Origin: Octopus bimaculoides
Lineage: Eukaryota
Direction: 5' to 3'
Assembly: GCF_001194135.2 (NCBI RefSeq)
Contig: NC_068986.1
Location: 90,562,953 to 90,626,952 of the forward strand
DNA length: 64,000 nt
A program made the position numbers and the translations under genes. The notes below the pieces were generated by a model, which saw only the letters and a program-made list of their open reading frames with translations, was not told the DNA's origin and made no database searches. Of this stretch, positions 50,880-63,103 are shown in pieces (the stretch's first letter is position 1; each line of letters starts with the position of its first letter).

Positions 50880-51305
50880 AATAGTTCTTCGTAACAGAAG
50901 TACAAGGTCCATTACATCGACCCCAATGCTCAAATGCAACTTATTTTGCTGTCCTAGAAAGGATGAAAGCCAAAATCGACCTCAGCAGAATTTGAGCTCA
51001 GAACGTAAAGCCAGACGAAATGCCACCAATCATTTGTCCGGCGTGCCAATGATTCAGCCAGATCACCGCCTTTATCATAATATTAATCCTTCCTACTATG
51101 GGCACAAGACCAGAGATTTTTGTGGGGGATGGGACTAGTCGATTACACTGACCCCACTTTTCAAATGGTGCTTATTTCATCGACGCCGAAAATATTGAAA
51201 AATTAAAGTCGACCTCAGTGGCATTTGAACTCAGAACATAAAGACGAGCCAACTGCCGCTAAGCATTTTGCCCGGTGTGCAAACGATTCTGCTTGCTCAC
51301 TGCCT
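50880..51305 (-). mobile_element. Two tandem SINE family A copies
   Basis: 50880-51070 and 51085-51305 both contain tttgagctcagaacg / tttgaactcagaac and reversed heads. Confidence 0.85.
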
Positions 51306-52693
51306 TTTTCATAATTACAATAATAGAGAGTTAACATTACCAATTCGTTAATAAATGAATTAATAGTAGTAACGAGCACGACAACGATGGCATCTTTGGA
51401 AATAAGATGGAATCATCCGTGATGTGAATGCCAGTGGCTTGACCAGTGGAAAACCGCCTGATGAGAAATAGTCCGTGTGCAAATGCAAAGCGTTAGAAAA
51501 CAAAAAAGTATGTGTAATAAAATGATCCATGCAAAGAAGTCCTTGCAAAGTGGTCTCATAAACTAAAGTAAAATAAATTAAGATAATGTGGTCCGACAGA
51601 GTAAAGCAAAGTATTGTAAGGTAAAATAAGGTGGCTCACCAAAGGTGATCCGCTAAGGTAGGAAAAGCTATTGAAGGGAAAATGAAACGAAAGTAAAGAA
51701 GGTGGTTCGACAAACTGATACTATAGGGCACGATGATTTGATGTGGAGGTGGTCCAATGGTGAAGTCTACTCAATAAGGAAGAAGTTCAATAACGGGAAG
51801 TGATTTATAGGGAAACCCAAGAAGGATAATTACAGAAAGTGACCCGCGTAAGGTGGCCAACACAGAGGAAATATATATCCCTCCATACAGTGTCGCTCAA
51901 ATAATGTAATCCATATGGAATAATACGCATATCACAAATCGTGTAATAAAGCGGGGACCAACAATGTAAGAGGAAAAGATTGCCCATAAATGGAGGGTAA
52001 TTCAATGAAAAAAAGGAGGTCAAGTAGTATGATCTGCGAAGAGTAATCCATAGAAATTAAGTCATAGAGGAGTTCCTAAAGAGAATCCATAAAGTTAATC
52101 CTTAAAGACAATAATCCATGAGGTATATGCAGAACAGTGAGAATCCAAACGATAGTGTATCTATATTAGAGACTGAGGTAGTATTAATACCGAGAGGTGA
52201 TATTTATCCCCGCTTAAACGTAGATGTTCTGATAAAACAAACTTAACAGCAGTAGATACCATGAGAGAACTTTCATATTGGCTTTTGGTGCAAAATACAC
52301 TCTTGCATATATAGCTAGCAGGGAGATAAATCTCCGTCACCTTCCAGCGCCGAGACCACCAAATCACCTGATTTCGACCTTCTTTGGTTTTGTCAATGAT
52401 GGACGCTTGACCGTAAGAGACAGCAGCGACTCACCTCTCTGGCAGCGATATGTAGAGAAACAGTTCCAGAACAGGTCCTGGTGTCGTGATTAACCAGTGA
52501 GTTTATTAATATATATATTAGCAACAGAGGCAGTATTAATACCAAGAGGTAATGTATTTATTCGTTCTCAATACTTTTTTGGAAGATTCGGTTGTGAACA
52601 TCTTTCTTTAGATGATGTATGTTCACCTTATTGTATGTCTCCAAGTCCTTTTACAACGAATAATTGTTTGTTATGATGCAAATCGTTGAAAGG

Positions 52694-52800
52694 CAGGGTT
52701 ACCATACGTCCTGGTTTATTAGCGTTGTACTGGCATCTCGGCCGGTTTGAAATTATGTCCCGTTCTTACGGAAATCTGGAAAAATTCTATTTGTCATGAT
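52694..52800 (+). mobile_element. Possible hAT (Blackjack-like) terminus
   Basis: CAGGGTTACCATACGTCCTGGTTT resembles TAGGGTGACCA.CGTCC-type TIRs; no second end found. Confidence 0.35.
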
Positions 52801-53103
52801 TTTTATCCTGATTTATCAGAAAATTCGAGTGGTATTGATAGTAATTAGCCTTTTGAACGCAATTTCAAACATGCATTTGAAACTAAAACCTACTTCTTAC
52901 ACATACATAAATCATAATATTCAGAATTGTTTCTTCCATTAAAAAAAAAAAACCCCAGAAATCCAGATGACTATTGAAAATTCAGAAGGCTTCTAGAAAA
53001 ACCAGTTAGCAACAGGAAATTTCCATGGGCTGAGAGAAACAATGGAATTCCCTGAACTTTTACTCAATCTCACATTAATAACTGATAATATTAAGCTCTA
53101 TAC

Positions 53104-53325
53104 AAGGCGGTAAGCTGGCAGAATTGTTAGCACGCCAGGAAAAATCATTAGCGGCATCACGTCCGTCTTTACGTTCTGAGTTCAAATTACGTTGACTTTG
53201 TCTTTCATCCCTTTCGAGGTCGATAAAATAAGTACCAGTTGAACACTGGGATCGATGTAATCAGCTGATACCCCTTCCCTACGTTTGCTGGCCTTGTACC
53301 AGTACCAATATTTGAAATAAATATT
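53104..53325 (+). mobile_element. SINE family A
   Basis: ggcggtaagctggcagaattgttagcacgcc...gagttcaaatt...ggccttgtacc. Confidence 0.88.
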
Positions 53326-53809
53326 AAGCCTGGTACGAGACACGTTTTACATAGGATAGAGCCAGACTGCCGAGCTTGGACGATTCAAGTCGTCCCATAG
53401 ACAATTCACAAGAATTACACGACGAGCCAATAGAACCCGCCACTGACAATTGACAGAGACATCTCTCATACTCAATTTTTATCTTTTATATTTTACTCTG
53501 TCAACCAAATTACAGAGAACTGCTGGATAACTATTGAATTTCTGACAACCATATTAAATTATTTATGTAATTAAAACTTTATGGAAACATAAATAATAAT
53601 TTATGGAAACATAAATAATAAATATTTCACTACCTGCTCAAAGTTTTCTGAAAAGATTACAAGCAACAATGTATTTCTTAAAAAAACAAACAGTGGAAAT
53701 GAAAATATGAAGGTTCTGATGATTGAATAAATACCATTTGACAATTATAACATGCGTTTAATTTATTTTTTAATGTTATGTTCTATTTAGAAATATTTTA
53801 CATGAAAGT

Positions 53810-53990
53810 AAGGCGACGAGCTGGCAGGATTGCTAGCACGTTGGGCAAGATGCTTAGCGGTATTTCGCTCGTCTTTACGTTCTGAGTTCAAATTTCGTCA
53901 AGGTCGACTTTGCCTTTCATCCTTTCGGGGTCGCTGAAATAAGTACTAGTTGAGCGCTGGCTTCGATGTAATCGACTCATCCTCACCTCC
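53810..53990 (+). mobile_element. SINE family A
   Basis: ggcgacgagctggcaggattgctagcacg...gagttcaaatttc. Confidence 0.88.
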
Positions 53991-54073
53991 CAAATAATAC
54001 TTATAACAATAATTATTATTTTTATTAAGACACCGAGCTCGCAGAATCGTTAGAGCAGGAATCGGGGAAGATA

Positions 54074-54750
54074 AGATTGTACTGTAATGCAAAGAAAAGA
54101 GAGCTGCAAGTATTCAACCACGAAATGCCTGTGTCAGTGAAAGTAAGAGACGGCAAGTTGCTGAAGGTAGTTGAAAATTTGAAATACCTTGGTGCGTGGA
54201 CACAAAGTACTGAAAAAGACATCGTAGCAAGGAAAGCTCTTGCCTGGGGCGCATGCCATGAATTGAGAAAGGTATGGAGTTCAAAGTTAGCAAGGAAATT
54301 GAAAGTGGGGTTGTTTCTGGCAACAGTGGAGTCTGTTCTTCTTTACAGGGCTAAAACATGGACGCTCACTAAAGTATTGAAGAAGCAGTTGGACGGTTGT
54401 TGTATGAGGATGCTTAGAACGGCACTCAATATCTCCTGGAAGAGTCATACAACAAACGTTGATTTATACCAGGGGCTAACAAAAGTAACATTGAAAATAC
54501 AGCATAGAAGAATGAGGCTAGCTGGACACTGCATCAGACATACCAATGAAATTGCTAAGAAGCTAGTGCTCTGGCAACCAACAGAAGGAAGAACCAAGAG
54601 AGGAAGGAGGAAGACGACCTATATCGACAAGTTACTGGAGGATACTGGTATGTAAGGGGTACAGGAGCTGAGGACCATTATGGAAAATCGAGATGAATGG
54701 GGGAAATGTGTAAAAACAGTCTTGGGGTGTCATATGGAACGACCTAGATA
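54074..54750 (+). mobile_element. RTE-clade LINE 3' end (RT C-terminal region)
   Basis: LKYLG, LFLATVESVLLYRAKTWTLT, RRMRLAGHCIRH, RGRRKTTYID; 192-aa open frame 54077-54655. Confidence 0.88.
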
Positions 54751-54759
54751 AATAGATAT

Positions 54760-55070
54760 CATTATTATTATTATTTAGAAAGTTATTACATACTACTTTA
54801 GTTAGCAGTGATGTTGTGTAGAGGTTTGATGCTTATAATTCTTTTCAATTCTCTAGAATCTTTTTCAGGATTTTTGCAGAATTAAAAATGGTACTTTCTG
54901 TCAACAATACGTGTCTCATTACGTATCCTTCATCCTTTTAAGTAGCAGTTTGGGTGTTGTGCCAATTGCACCAATAACCATAGAGACAACTGTCACCTTC
55001 GTCTTCCACTTCTACAATCACTTCATCTCTCTGGCTCCGTCCCGATATTTCTCAATTTCAGGTTTGATTA
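54760..55070 (-). mobile_element. R4/Dong-type 3' end with (TAA)n tail
   Basis: EIEKYRD...VTVVSMVIGAIGTTPK...SAKILKKILEN*, ending in taataataat. Confidence 0.75.
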
Positions 55071-55196
55071 AATTAGGGTTAAAAGGTGGAGTATACATTA
55101 TTTTTTCATATTTTAATTACAGTTCTGTATCATTTCTAATACATTACATTAGAGTACGATAATTATATTTGCCGTCAGTTGAGGGCAGAGATATAC

Positions 55197-55267
<71 letters not shown>

Positions 55268-55271
55268 CACA

Positions 55272-55303
<32 letters not shown>

Positions 55304-55454
55304 TTCACATACACGCACACACACACGCACACACGCACACACGCACACACGCGTCGAGCGCGCACGGATCTACACATTCACACGCACACCCATGTGTATA
55401 TATATTTTCTCTGTCTGTCTATCCATCTATCTGTCTCTCTATCTGTGTCTCTCT

Positions 55455-55925
55455 TTCAATGACGTATTAGACAATAATGGATTCTCAGAGAAGAACCCCT
55501 ATGGAAGCAATCCGAGATTTCGTAGAACTAGAACTAGAAAGGTTTTGTGGTATAATCCAATATTTAGCATAGGTGTTAGAATCAATGTAGGTAGAGAAAT
55601 TTTTTAATTTAATATCTATTTTCCAAATGACCATAAATATCACAACAGAAGCACACAAAGGTTTAGCTATTCTTTTAGCAGAAACTTCGCCTCCTGTGTC
55701 AACAATTTTAAGGGTATTGCTGATGTACCTAAGTGTAATTCAAAGACACCGGAAGCTGCCCTTTGAATGGCAATTACCTTATCAAAGCATTGTATAACTA
55801 AGGTATATATTCGCAGCACCTCTACATACAAAACTTATACAGGGGTCCCAGAAAACAACTTCAAAACAAAGGTTTACTCACACAGAAATTCCTTTAGCAA
55901 TAATTTTTATATATATCTCCGTTGC
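55455..55925 (+). mobile_element. Penelope-like element fragment (thumb/linker + GIY-YIG)
   Basis: RKVLWYNPIFS..VRINVG, FSYSF..N, C..CPLNG, YTGVPENNFKTKVYSHRNSF. Confidence 0.8.
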
Positions 55926-56137
55926 TGTCAATCCCCACTTGCATCTAATCAGCTTTAAATGCTTATTCGTTGAATTGGTATCCAAAAAGCTTGTATCTAC
56001 TCAGAATTTATAAAATTTCTTTACTAATCACTGATGAATGATCACTTGACACTCTGAAAAGAGTATGTATACAAACACACATACATATATGTGTTTATAT
56101 GTGTCTATATGTATATATATATGTATATATATATATG

Positions 56138-56168
<31 letters not shown>

Positions 56169-56194
56169 GTATATATGTGTATATACATACATAC

Positions 56195-56242
<48 letters not shown>

Positions 56243-56245
<3 letters not shown>

Positions 56246-56458
56246 GGCGCGTGGCTTGGTGGTTAGGATATTCGGCTCACAATCTTAGGGTTGTGATTTC
56301 GATTCTCATACGCGTGTTGTGTCCTTGAGCAAAACACTTCATTTCACGTTTCTCCAGTCCATTCAGCTAGCGAAAATGAGTAGTACGTGTATTTCAAAGA
56401 GAGAAGCCTTATCACATTCTGTGTCATACTGAATCTTCTTATGAACTTTGTTAAGGGC
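56243..56458 (+). mobile_element. SINE family C-like
   Basis: ggcgcgtggcttggtggttagg...tttcgattc...gtgtccttgagcaaaacac. Confidence 0.8.
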
Positions 56459-57152
56459 NNNNNNNNNNNNNNNNNNNNNNNNNNNNNNNNNNNNNNNNNN
56501 NNNNNNNNNNNNNNNNNNNNNNNNNNNNNNNNNNNNNNNNNNNNNNNNNNNNNNNNNNNNNNNNNNNNNNNNNNNNNNNNNNNNNNNNNNNNNNNNNNNN
56601 NNNNNNNNNNNNNNNNNNNNNNNNNNNNNNNNNNNNNNNNNNNNNNNNNNNNNNNNNNNNNNNNNNNNNNNNNNNNNNNNNNNNNNNNNNNNNNNNNNNN
56701 NNNNNNNNNNNNNNNNNNNNNNNNNNNNNNNNNNNNNNNNNNNNNNNNNNNNNNNNNNNNNNNNATATATATATATATATATATATAGTCAATTTAAACA
56801 TGAACAAACAAGAAAAAACACGAAAGAAAGCACGAAAAAACAACGCGAGGACGTGGAATAAGTACAGTGTTATTGGACGCTCAGGAAAGGAAAGGAAAGA
56901 AAGAGGATATGTATGTATGTATATGTATAGAAAAAGGAATAGTTATACACGAAAAGTGCCAAGTTTCTGAATCGAAAGGTTTATCAATAATATTTTTAAA
57001 ATAGCTTCCAGACTAGGTATTTTTCTGGAAATAACTTTATTCCACCAATTAAGGATCTCTTAGAAAGGGTCAAGCGTACTGCAAATCTACTCTTCTGAAT
57101 GATCAATTAAAAGTGAGATATTTAACATGTGTATATTTTATTTTACTTACAG

Positions 57153-57210
57153 ATGCATGCATTTTCGAAAGTTTTGTTTTTATTAGTCCTTCCCATTGTT
57201 GTGAATTCAG
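57153..57210 (+). CDS. Signal-peptide exon of Cys-rich gene B (MHAFSKVLFLLVLPIVVNS)
   Basis: Acceptor TTTTACTTACAG directly before ATG, 19 codons with a hydrophobic core, donor CAG|GTATGT in phase 1. Confidence 0.75.
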
Positions 57211-57578
57211 GTATGTTTCAATATTCTTAGACAATTAAATTTTATCCGAAACACTGAACATTGCTGATTTTATATGACAGAAGAATGAAGACATAAACTC
57301 TAGCTTCTTCACATTCCACTCTGATATTTAAAAGTCTGCAGATATGGCACTGAATTTTAAAGAGGTCGAAAAAACGTTGATTCAATAAAAGAAATAATTC
57401 AAATTTCAGCAGACTTCTTTTGCCCTAACAAAACATAATTATGTACCTATATATAGACTCGCATCCTGACATGCTTGACTGCATTGAAAAGAAAATTACT
57501 CAAAAGTTAGATACGATCTTCGCAAAGACACCGATTCATTTTTACGTTTAGTCCTCTGTATTTTCTTCCAGACCGAGT

Positions 57579-57950
57579 GGAGGCGCAATGGCCCAGTGGT
57601 TAGGGCAGCGGACTCGCGGTCATAGGATCGCGGTTCCGATTCCCAGACCGGGCGTTGTGAGTGTTTATAGAGCGAAAACACCTAAAGCTCCACGAGGCTC
57701 CGGCAGGGGATGGTGGCGAACCCTGCTGTACTCTTTCACCACAACTTTCTCTTACTTCCTGTTTCTGTTGTGCCTGTAATTCAAAGGGTCAGCCTTGTCA
57801 CACTGTGTCTCGCTGAATATCCCCGAGAACTACGTTAAGGGTACACGTGTCTGTGGAGTGCTCAGCCACTTGCACGTTAATTTCACGAGCAGGCTGTTCC
57901 GTTGATCGGATCAACTGGAACCCTCGACGTCGTAAGCGACAGAGTGCCAA
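57579..57950 (+). mobile_element. SINE family C, full length, intronic
   Basis: tRNA-like head tggcccagtggttagg...ggttccgattccc, CpG-rich body. Confidence 0.88.
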
Positions 57951-58387
57951 CATTTCTTCCAGACCTATTATGCACACCTTACAAAACGAAAAGATCGTCA
58001 ATAGGTCGTTAACCAAATATAAAACAGTGTCGTATCAATTTATGTTCGTAAATTGTATCTGCAAAAATTATTCCTCATAGTTCTATGTTCTATATTCAGT
58101 TCTATACTAATTTTCAGCTCCTTTTTTCTTGTTTGAAATTCTACACAGTTTTATATATAATTTTTTTCGATATTGCAGTCACGTATTATATCCCTCCAAA
58201 CAATTTTCTTCGTTACTGCCTGGACATTATTTACTAAAATTCAATGTTTAATTTAATATTCGACTAAACTAGAATTATTGAAATCTCAAGTAAAAGAAAC
58301 ATACACTAAATACAGACACCAGCTCAACCCCTCAAACAAAAAAAATAGAGTCTCACTATTTTCTTTATAACTATATTTCTGTTGCAG

Positions 58388-58507
58388 AATGTAACGGATG
58401 TCCCTTAGACGGAAAATGCATTTGTGGTGGGAGTGGTATATTTAGATCAATGTATGACTGTAAGAAAATAACTTGTCGTAGGAAAACGATCAAGATTCGG
58501 GAAATCC
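58388..58507 (+). CDS. Second exon of Cys-rich gene B ((E)CNGCPLDGKCICGGSGIFRSMYDCKKITCRRKTIKIREI)
   Basis: Acceptor TATTTCTGTTGCAG, donor C|GTAAGT, 120 nt phase1-phase1, in frame with the signal exon; 6 Cys. Confidence 0.78.
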
Positions 58508-58674
58508 GTAAGTAAGAACAAAAATATCTTTTACTTAAAGTTTATATTCTAAATTTTATGCTGTAAGCAAAATATTTCACTTGAGGAAATATAAGCTCTT
58601 AACTGAGATTATTTTTCTCACTACAATGTTAGCACTCATTCTAGGGTTCATGTTGTTAATATTCATAAGTAATA

Positions 58675-58885
58675 AAGCGGCGAGCTGGCAGAAACGTTAG
58701 CACGTCGGGCGAAATACTTTGCGGTATTTCGTCTGTCTTTACGTTCTGAGTTCAAATTCCACCGAGGTCAACTTTGCCTTTCATCCTTACGGGGTCGATA
58801 AATTAAGTACCAGTTGCATACTGGAACTAATTGATTGGTCCCCTCCCACAAAATTTCGGGCCTTGTGCCTAGAATAGAATAGAAA
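58675..58885 (+). mobile_element. SINE family A, intronic
   Basis: gcggcgagctggcagaaacgttagcacg...gggccttgtgcc. Confidence 0.92.
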
Positions 58886-59734
58886 AGAATATTCATAAGT
58901 AATCCCTTTAAACTATTAAGTTGTCACGACAGCTCATGCACCTACCTGCTTGCCTGCCTACCGAAAAACAAAACAACCTACCTGCCTACCTACCAACATA
59001 GATACATTCATACACACACACACACACACACATGTGTATGTATGTATATACATATATTTATATGATGAGCTTCTTTCAGTTTCTCTCTACCAAATCCACT
59101 CACAAAGTTTTGAACTTCCTTCTATTTCCTTTTTTATTTTCGTCATTAACTAATGGTGGTCACTTCTACTTAGAAATCATATCTTCCTCCGCGAACTCCA
59201 GTTCAACAAGTAGTATTTGTTCTATTTACAGGAGATATCTAGTGAATGGGATCGTTCTCTCTTAACATGATCTGCGACTGAAAGTTAATAATTCAACTTT
59301 ATATTTTCTTTTAAGTATTAGCATCTAATTTTTTGCAAATGAGATATATATGATTCTTATGATTTTATCATTAGTATTGCTATTCTTAGTTTTAGCATTT
59401 AGTTTTTATTTAATCTTTATTAATAACATTTGCTTTATTTGCTTTATTATTAACATTGGACAAAAATTTTTTAAAATTTTCTGTTGCATGAGATTTTTTT
59501 ACTGATTCTAACTGTCTTTTATTGTGCTAATTTCAAATCTGCAATCGGTTTTGCTCTCCATACTCTAGTTTTCTTTCAATTTGAAGATCAACTTTTTATA
59601 CATTGAAAGTTAAATTTGACATACTGTGATACACATATCCTACTGTGCTTTTTTTTAGATCTTATGATCGACAACCGTACAGCGCTATATAAAGCTTCAC
59701 TGAATGTATATATATACATACACACACATATATG

Positions 59735-59945
59735 TGTGCCTTTGTGCCTGAAAACAGGCGTTGGTTTGTTTACGCCCCTGTAAATTAGTGGTTCGGTAAA
59801 ACTGACCGATAGAATATATACGAAGCTTTAAATGATAAAAAATAAGTACTGGAGTCGATTCGCTTCACTAAAATTCTTTAAAGCGGTGACCCTGCATGGC
59901 CGTAGTTTAACGATTGAAATAAGTAACGGATAAAAGATAAAAGAT
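59735..59945 (+). mobile_element. SINE family B 3' part
   Basis: ttggtttgtttacgccc...gtggttcggtaaaa...gtcgattcg...gcatggccg. Confidence 0.75.
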
Positions 59946-60479
59946 GAAAGATATGTTAGCATGTATATGTAAAAATGCACAAAACCCGAAAATCCTGTTT
60001 AATTATTTCCCTTAAATAATAAATCTGAAATCAAAAGTAAACGAAACGATGTATCTTCACAAGGATTGAAATTAATCATGATTAAATAATTTTTCCACTT
60101 TAATTTTCTTTCTCATTTTTCATTTTTCATTTTATTTCTTTTATTTAATTCTTGTTTATTTTATAAATGCATATTTTAATGTCTGTTAGCTTTTATATGG
60201 TGAAATCTTTGAAATGATCTGTGGATTTACTTTTAATTTTACCTTTGTTTTTGCTATTTGTCTTATTGTATTATGAGATTGTCTTATAATATACGCCTAT
60301 TTTGTAGTTGTATTTCTGTTATGTTAATTTTAAAAGAGATGCTTATGGTGTTCACTTTTGGACTAGGTTGTATTTTGGAACTAATTGTTCCTCAATGCAC
60401 ATTATAATATTTGGTGCAAATCGCCTAAAGAAATATCTGAAAAGCTGTAAAAATGCCGTCAACAACACTAATAAAAGTT

Positions 60480-61870
60480 TGTAACGATCCCATGAGGAAA
60501 AGAGATCTGAAAAAGAAGTCAATCCCTAAAGCTTTCTTTAATTTTGCCAAAAAATGACCTCAGTATATTACAAGATAGGGCCCCTTCTCCAAAAGGATGG
60601 CTCCCTCACAGGAAGCCCAAGGAGGATAAAAGTGAAATACTGAACGAACAGTTCAAAAGTGTTTTCTCTACCCCGTTAGGATACAGGCAAGGGAACAAAT
60701 CAGTAGAGTTCTTTGCCACTACATCTGTAGCCAGGAAGACAGCAAAAATTGATTACATCAACACCAAAAATGTAATACTGACCCAAGATGAGACAGACGC
60801 AAATTTAGTTACTGGCCCTGATAGATTCCCAGCAATCCTTCTCAAATAATGCAAACAGGCCCCTGCTACAGCTTCTTTTTCAGAACTTTCTTGCAAGTGG
60901 TAAATTCCCAAGGAAAAGCCTTTGATAAAATCGAACATGCCTCAAGTTGCGTAATTTCGGCAAAATCAGAAAAATTGAAGAGTGGCTACACGACTTTTTA
61001 AAAGATAAAAGCCTGGTAAGTGGCAAATGGAGCTACTTCCAAGGAAACACAAATAGTGAATGGTGGGCTGAGGACAATAATATGCAGTTTAATACTAGTA
61101 TATTCCAAGACCTGCGCTATCAGCACACGGAGCTGAATGAAATGTAGACAGGATACACTGGCCTAGGAGGGATTGCAACCCCTGAATCAAAATCAGTGTG
61201 CAACCTGGGAATTGACACGAATATGATGCATCTTTTCAGGTGCATATTACTAAGTTGGATCTGTAGAGCTTTCAGAACGAGAGAACGGGAAACAATGACG
61301 GTCCTCTGGAGGACATTTGTCCCCAACCGCTTAGACTACTGCTCCCAACTATGGTCACCACACAGTGTAAAATTAGCAGTGGGACTCGAAGCAATGCAAC
61401 GACGCTTTACAAAGAAGATCATCTTAATGTGACAGGTTAGCTATTGAGAAAGGTTGAAGAAGTTAAGACTCTACGGCCTAGAACGAAGGCAGGAAAGATA
61501 TGAAACGACATACATCTGGAAAATCCTAGAGGGACTTGTACAAAACTTTGGCATTGAAAGTTACACAAACAGCAGAACGGGGAACCACTACACAGTGACA
61601 AAGATCCCAACATCTCCATAAAAATATAGGACCAGATACTGCAACAGTTTAGGTTTCAAGAGTCTACAGCTCTTCCTTATCTTCCCCCAAAAGACTGAGG
61701 GACTTACATAGTGTGGATGTAGGCATCTTCAAAACAAAACATGGCCTCCTTCTGTCAGGAGTTCCAGATGAACCTACATCGCGGCAGAAAATGCAAATGG
61801 GGGCAACAATATCAAACTCCCTTATTCATCAAATACCACATGTTAAAGATTCCAAAGTAATAGAAGTGTA
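60480..61870 (+). mobile_element. CR1-clade LINE ORF2 remnant with internal deletions
   Basis: SEILNEQFKSVF, GPDRFPAILLK, KAFDKIEH, WICRAFRTR, LDYCSQLWSPH, EAMQRRFTK, LERRQERY. Confidence 0.9.
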
Positions 61871-63058
61871 GCAAAACTAACGGTGATGCTCCAGCATGAC
61901 CGCAAATCTATAACTGAAACTACTAAAAGACTAAAAGAATAAGGGAGATCGGGGAAAGTGCATACATGCATGTGTTTGTATGTCAGCAAACAGGTATATA
62001 TATATATATATATATATATATNNNNNNNNNNNNNNNNNNNNNNNNNNNNNNNNNNNNNNNNNNNNNNNNNNNNNNNNNNNNNNNNNNNNNNNNNNNNNNN
62101 NNNNNNNNNNNNNNNNNNNNNNNNNNNNNNNNNNNNNNNNNNNNNNNNNNNNNNNNNNNNNNNNNNNNNNNNNNNNNNNNNNNNNNNNNNNNNNNNNNNN
62201 NNNNNNNNNNNNNNNNNNNNNNNNNNNNNNNNNNNNNNNNNNNNNNNNNNNNNNNNNNNNNNNNNNNNNNNNNNNNNNNNNNNNNNNNNNNNNNNNNNNN
62301 NNNNNNNNNNNNNNNNNNNNNNNNNNNNNNNNNNNNNNNNNNNNNNNNNNNNNNNNNNNNNNNNNNNNNNNNNNNNNNNNNNNNNNNNNNNNNNNNNNNN
62401 NNNNNNNNNNNNNNNNNNNNNNNNNNNNNNNNNNNNNNNNNNNNNNNNNNNNNNNNNNNNNNNNNNNNNNNNNNNNNNNNNNNNNNNNNNNNNNNNNNNN
62501 NNNNNNNNNNNNNNNNNNNNNNNNNNNNNNNNNNNNNNNNNNNNNNNNNNNNNNNNNNNNNNNNNNNNNNNNNNNNNNNNNNNNNNNNNNNNNNNNNNNN
62601 NNNNNNNNNNNNNNNNNNNNNNNNNNNNNNNNNNNNNNNNNNNNNNNNNNNNNNNNNNNNNNNNNNNNNNNNNNNNNNNNNNNNNNNNNNNNNNNNNNNN
62701 NNNNNNNNNNNNNNNNNNNNNNNNNNNNNNNNNNNNNNNNNNNNNNNNNNNNNNNNNNNNNNNNNNNNNNNNNNNNNNNNNNNNNNNNNNNNNNNNNNNN
62801 NNNNNNNNNNNNNNNNNNNNNNNNNNNNNNNNNNNNNNNNNNNNNNNNNNNNNNNNNNNNNNNNNNNNNNNNNNNNNNNNNNNNNNNNNNNNNNNNNNNN
62901 NNNNNNNNNNNNNNNNNNNNNNNNNNNNNNNNGTTAATACTTCATTTAGAGAATTAACATTGCTTGTTTTCACCTTTTCAATATCAGTGAAGAATGTCAC
63001 TGGAAAAGAAGATATAAGATTTGCCAGGTTTTTCTCTCTCACCAAGGTCATCAGCTGT

Positions 63059-63103
63059 CGAACGCCGACGAAGGGAAATAACCCTGAAATCCGGATACGT
63101 TCG
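63059..63103 (+). ncRNA. Minimal type-I hammerhead ribozyme motif (U4C core variant)
   Basis: CGAACG-CCGACGA-AGGG-AAATAA-CCCT-GAAA-TCCGGA-T-A-CGTTCG: perfect 6-bp stem I, 4-bp stem II, palindromic stem III. Confidence 0.7.

Larger units (their letters stand above)
4203..62932. other. Assembly gaps (N runs)
   Basis: 4203-4369, 8785-9068, 13275-13314, 14390-15180, 20354-20558, 22996-23956, 26459-26470, 30701-30780, 38352-38875, 43236-43968, 45060-45754, 47594-47765, 56459-56764, 62022-62932. Confidence 0.99.

Noticed and set aside
51458-51480. CTGATGAG as a hammerhead core
   Set aside because: No stem II or properly placed GAAA.
57579-57650. tRNA gene
   Set aside because: A and B boxes are present but the cloverleaf is not intact and it continues into a SINE body.
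58388-58507. Kunitz or LRRNT assignment for gene B
   Set aside because: FRSMYDCKKITC and CP..C.C..DC resemble these only locally; Cys spacing fits neither, so no family was assigned.
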